In this document: positions 60,947 through 64,000 of the stretch, piece by piece
Layout of the letters: every line of letters begins with the position of its first letter
Numbering within the stretch: position 1 is the first letter of the stretch
Assembly: GCA_036559125.1 (NCBI GenBank)
Contig: DATBTT010000048.1
Span: 2,454 to 66,453, forward strand
Source of the DNA: Vulcanimicrobiaceae bacterium
GTDB lineage: Bacteria; Vulcanimicrobiota; Vulcanimicrobiia; Vulcanimicrobiales; Vulcanimicrobiaceae
Direction of reading: 5' to 3'
Length of the DNA: 64,000 nucleotides
Position numbers and translations under genes: made by a program
Notes under the pieces: generated by a model
The model's input: only the letters and a program-made list of their open reading frames with translations
Told to the model about the DNA's origin: nothing
Database searches by the model: none

Positions 60947-62614
60947 ATGCAATACGTGTATACGATGCAGCGCGTCGGCAAAACCGTGCCGCCGAAGCGT
61001 CAGATACTTAAAGACATATCGCTTAGTTTTTTCCCGGGTGCGAAAATCGGCATACTCGGGCTCAACGGCGCTGGAAAGTCGACGCTGCTGCGCATCATGG
61101 CCGGGATCGATACGGAGATCGACGGCGTAGCCGAAGCGATGCCGAATCTCACGGTTGGCTACTTGGAGCAAGAACCGAAACTCGATCCGCAAAAAACCGT
61201 GCGCGAAACGGTCGAAGAAGGTTTGAGCGAGTTGCTCTCGGTGCGTACGCGCCTCGACGAAATCTACGCCGCGTACGGCGAACCCGATGCCGACATCGAC
61301 GCGCTCGCGAACGAACAAGCCAAGCTTGAAGCCAGCCTGTTCGCGCAAGACGGCGACGACGTCGAACAACAGTTGGAGATCGCTGCGGACGCGCTGCGCT
61401 TACCCGCATGGGACGCTAAGATCGGACCGCTTTCGGGCGGCGAAAAGCGGCGCGTCGCGTTGTGTCGTTTGCTGCTCTCTAAGCCGGGAATGCTCTTACT
61501 CGACGAGCCAACGAACCATCTCGACGCCGAAAGCGTCGAATGGCTCGAGCAGTTCCTACAACGTTTTCCGGGCACCGTCGTAGCCGTAACGCACGACCGG
61601 TATTTTCTGGATAATGCGGCGGAATGGATCCTCGAACTCGACCGCGGTCGCGGCATTCCGTGGAAGGGCAATTATAGTTCCTGGCTGGATCAAAAGCAGG
61701 AACGCCTCGCGCAAGAAGAAGCCTCCGAATCCGCTCGTCAGAAGGCGCTCAAGCGCGAACTCGAGTGGGTGCGCTCGGGGACGAAAGGGCGCCAGAGCAA
61801 GAGTAAGAGCCGCCTGGCGCGCTTTGAGGAACTGTCGAGTTACGAATATCAGCGTCGCAACGAAACGCAAGAGATCTTCATTCCGGTTGCCGAGCGTTTG
61901 GGCGATCAGGTGATCGACTTCGCGGGAGTACGTAAGGGATACGGCGACCGCCTTTTGATGGACGATGTGAACTTTCGCATTCCGGCGGGTGCGATTGTCG
62001 GGATAATCGGTCCTAACGGCGCGGGCAAGTCGACGCTGTTCCGCATGATCGCAGGCAAAGAGCAACCCGACGCCGGCCAAATCCGCATCGGCCCGACCGT
62101 AAAGCTTGCGGTCGTCGATCAAAGCCGCGAATCGCTCCAGGATGCGAAGACCGTGTTCGAAGACGTCAGCGGAGGGCTAGATCTTGTCAAAGTCGGAAAA
62201 TTCGAGATGCCGTCGCGCGCGTATCTCGGACGGTTCAACTTCAAAGGCGGCGATCAACAGAAGGCCGTCGGTACGTTGTCGGGCGGCGAGCGCGGCCGGC
62301 TTCATCTCGCGAAGACGTTGCTGACCGGCGCCAACGTGCTGTTGCTGGACGAGCCGTCCAACGACCTCGACGTCGAAACCCTGCGAGCCCTTGAGGACGC
62401 GCTGGGAGAGTTCGCCGGCACCGTGATGGTCATCAGTCACGACCGCTGGTTCCTCGACCGCATTGCAACGCACATCATCGCATTCGAAGGCGATTCGAAC
62501 GTTTTCTTTTTTGAAGGCAACTATCACGAATACGAAGCCAACAAAGTAGCGCGCCTCGGCGAAGAAGCCGCCAAACCGCATCGCATCCGATACCGCCCCC
62601 TCTCGATTACGTAG
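60947..62614 (+). CDS. ettA: energy-dependent translational throttle protein EttA (ABC-F)
   Basis: MQYVYTMQRVGKTVPPKRQILKDISLSFFPGAKIGILGLNGAGKSTLL and a second NBD GIIGPNGAGKSTLF. 555 aa, with the typical EttA start. Confidence 0.95.
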   Translation: MQYVYTMQRVGKTVPPKRQILKDISLSFFPGAKIGILGLNGAGKSTLLRIMAGIDTEIDGVAEAMPNLTVGYLEQEPKLDPQKTVRETVEEGLSELLSVRTRLDEIYAAYGEPDADIDALANEQAKLEASLFAQDGDDVEQQLEIAADALRLPAWDAKIGPLSGGEKRRVALCRLLLSKPGMLLLDEPTNHLDAESVEWLEQFLQRFPGTVVAVTHDRYFLDNAAEWILELDRGRGIPWKGNYSSWLDQKQERLAQEEASESARQKALKRELEWVRSGTKGRQSKSKSRLARFEELSSYEYQRRNETQEIFIPVAERLGDQVIDFAGVRKGYGDRLLMDDVNFRIPAGAIVGIIGPNGAGKSTLFRMIAGKEQPDAGQIRIGPTVKLAVVDQSRESLQDAKTVFEDVSGGLDLVKVGKFEMPSRAYLGRFNFKGGDQQKAVGTLSGGERGRLHLAKTLLTGANVLLLDEPSNDLDVETLRALEDALGEFAGTVMVISHDRWFLDRIATHIIAFEGDSNVFFFEGNYHEYEANKVARLGEEAAKPHRIRYRPLSIT

Positions 62615-62630
62615 CGCACCCCGAAGCCCC

Positions 62631-62670
62631 GTCACCCTGAGCCTGTCGAAGGGCAGCCTGTCGAAGGGCG
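62631..62670. repeat. REP-like unit with duplicated 3' half
   Basis: gtcaccctgagcctgtcgaaggg (62631-62653) followed by gcctgtcgaaggg (62656-62668), between the convergent stops of ettA and the permease gene. Confidence 0.8.
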
Positions 62671-64000
62671 CTATTCGTATCTCAGGGTGACTGCCGGATC
62701 CACGCGGATGATGCGCAGCGCGGGCACAACTGCGGCGAACGCGCTGCACGAGAGCAGCAGTAATGTCGTGCCGGCGAAAGCCGTTGCATCAAACGGCGAG
62801 GTTTGAAACAACTGGTCGGCGATGGCGCGCGTAGCAAACGCTGACATCACGATGCCCACGCCGATACCGATAGCGCTTTGAACGAGCGCGCGCGCGACTA
62901 TGCGATTCAGGATCGTGGCGGGGTGGGCGCCTAGCGCCATGCGAATGCCGATTTCGTGATAACGGCGCTGAACCGAATAGGAGACGATGCTGTACACACC
63001 CGCGAGCGCTAGCACTAACGCGAGCACTGCGAGTGCGCCGAGCAAAAGCAAACTCAGACGAGTGCGCGATGTGTCCTGCGCCATCGAATCGGGCAGCGAG
63101 ACGATCGGTGGCGTCCCCAACGACGGATCGAGTTGCCGCACGATCGCGCCGACATCCTTTGCCAGGGGAGAAGCGCCTCGCGCCGTGCGCACGACGATTT
63201 GAAAGAACGGCGTCGGCTGGTCGGTAAACGGCACGTAGACGAGTGGTTGCGACGCGCCCGTCAGGGAATCGCGCGTATCGGCGGCGATGCCTACGATCCG
63301 CCACGCGTGCGCCGGTACGCAGCCGATGCGTTTCCCGAGCGCGTTGCCGCGGGGGAAGAAGCGCTTCACGAAGGCCCGATCTACGATCGCAACGGGCGGC
63401 CCGGTCGTATCCTCACCGATAAAGGCTCGCCCGCGCGGCAGCCCAATTTTCATGAGCCGCATATAATTTGGGGAAACGGCGTTGATGCCGACTTCGTTTT
63501 TGAGATTTGCGGGGCCCGACAACGACGCAGGCCGCCCGGCGATGCATATCGTTGCGCGCATGGAAAACGCATGCGAAAACGGAACCATCTGTGCGATCGA
63601 AGCGCCTTGAACGCCGGGAATCTCTCGAATCCGTTGAGCGATGCGCCTCGCGAGCATCGGATGTTGATTGCGTAGTTCTCCACCTGGAGTTTGTTCGATA
63701 AACTGCGCGGCGTACAGGTTGCGAGAATCGAACCCGACGTTCACCTTCGTCATAGTAACGAAACTACGTAGTAAAAGACCCGAGCAGACCAACAACGTAC
63801 ATGCAATGGCGATCTCGGCCCCGACGAGCGTTGCGCGCACGCCCGATCCGCGTACCACACCGCGCTCATTTGCGAACCCTCCGCCGGAGACCGCAGCGCG
63901 CCAAATCGCGGGAAGCAGCCCGGCCAGGATGGTTACGGCCACCGTCAGGCCGCAAACATACAACAGGACGCTGAGGTTAAGCGTCGTCGATGGAGCTCGC
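62671..64000 (-). CDS. duplicated FtsX/MacB-type ABC permease (ADOP-like), C-terminal part; the CDS continues beyond the right window edge
   Basis: Ends in RIIRVDPAVTLRYE, like the permease at 25944-28511. The Met at 63963 falls in the middle of a TM segment of the first FtsX module, so the true start is outside the window. Confidence 0.8.
   Translation of the reverse strand, partial: RAPSTTLNLSVLLYVCGLTVAVTILAGLLPAIWRAAVSGGGFANERGVVRGSGVRATLVGAEIAIACTLLVCSGLLLRSFVTMTKVNVGFDSRNLYAAQFIEQTPGGELRNQHPMLARRIAQRIREIPGVQGASIAQMVPFSHAFSMRATICIAGRPASLSGPANLKNEVGINAVSPNYMRLMKIGLPRGRAFIGEDTTGPPVAIVDRAFVKRFFPRGNALGKRIGCVPAHAWRIVGIAADTRDSLTGASQPLVYVPFTDQPTPFFQIVVRTARGASPLAKDVGAIVRQLDPSLGTPPIVSLPDSMAQDTSRTRLSLLLLGALAVLALVLALAGVYSIVSYSVQRRYHEIGIRMALGAHPATILNRIVARALVQSAIGIGVGIVMSAFATRAIADQLFQTSPFDATAFAGTTLLLLSCSAFAAVVPALRIIRVDPAVTLRYE

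Noticed and set aside
60871-62670. Repeated GTCACCCTGAGCC... units as a CRISPR array
   Set aside because: There are only one or two units per site, with no regular spacers of about 30 nt and no cas genes. The copies are dispersed over the window, so this is a REP-like family instead.
1-64000. Prophage, integrative element or genomic island
   Set aside because: No integrase, transposase, phage structural genes, tRNA attachment site or flanking direct repeats were seen. Apart from the short AT-rich patch at 46079-46126, composition looks uniform by eye.

Overview
GC-rich chromosomal segment, densely coding on both strands. It probably comes from an outer-membrane-bearing (diderm) bacterium, because it carries a TonB-receptor fragment, a CpaC secretin and MacA-type adaptors. 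The taxon cannot be assigned from sequence alone. I support about 60 protein genes. I saw no rRNA, tRNA, CRISPR array, integrase or transposase.

Main points:
1. 14.7-19.1 kb holds a selenoneine-type (sen) selenium-metabolite cluster: a SenB-like glycosyltransferase divergent from a SenA/EgtB-like synthase, then a Cys-cluster permease, then selD. The selD gene is itself a selenoprotein. The ORF track starts it at 18102, but an upstream ATG at 18039 reads through an in-frame TGA (18090-18092) that aligns with the catalytic Cys/Sec of SelD, and hairpins follow the TGA.
2. 42.2-53.2 kb holds a bipartite, divergently transcribed Tad/Flp pilus locus. It has two Flp pilins (one is 53 aa and absent from the ORF track), two A24 prepilin peptidases, three TadE/TadG minor pilins, a secretin, CpaB, TadB/TadC and a single-polypeptide TadZ(CpaE)-TadA(CpaF) fusion. 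An AT-rich TTAAC repeat array lies in the divergent control region.
3. 6997-10362 encodes a 1121-aa MalT-like STAND ATPase fused to an HD-GYP phosphodiesterase domain.
4. A REP-like repeat family (core GTCACCCTGAGCCTGTCGAAGGG) sits in intergenic gaps, mostly at gene 3' ends, at five or more sites.
5. The rest is housekeeping and accessory genes: DEAD-box helicase, penicillin acylase, Dxs, SecG, EttA, MurI, an amidase, a PadR-ADOP-MacA-ABC efflux module, an OppD/F pair, MscS and a PP2C phosphatase.

All functional calls come from reading motifs by eye. No database search was run.
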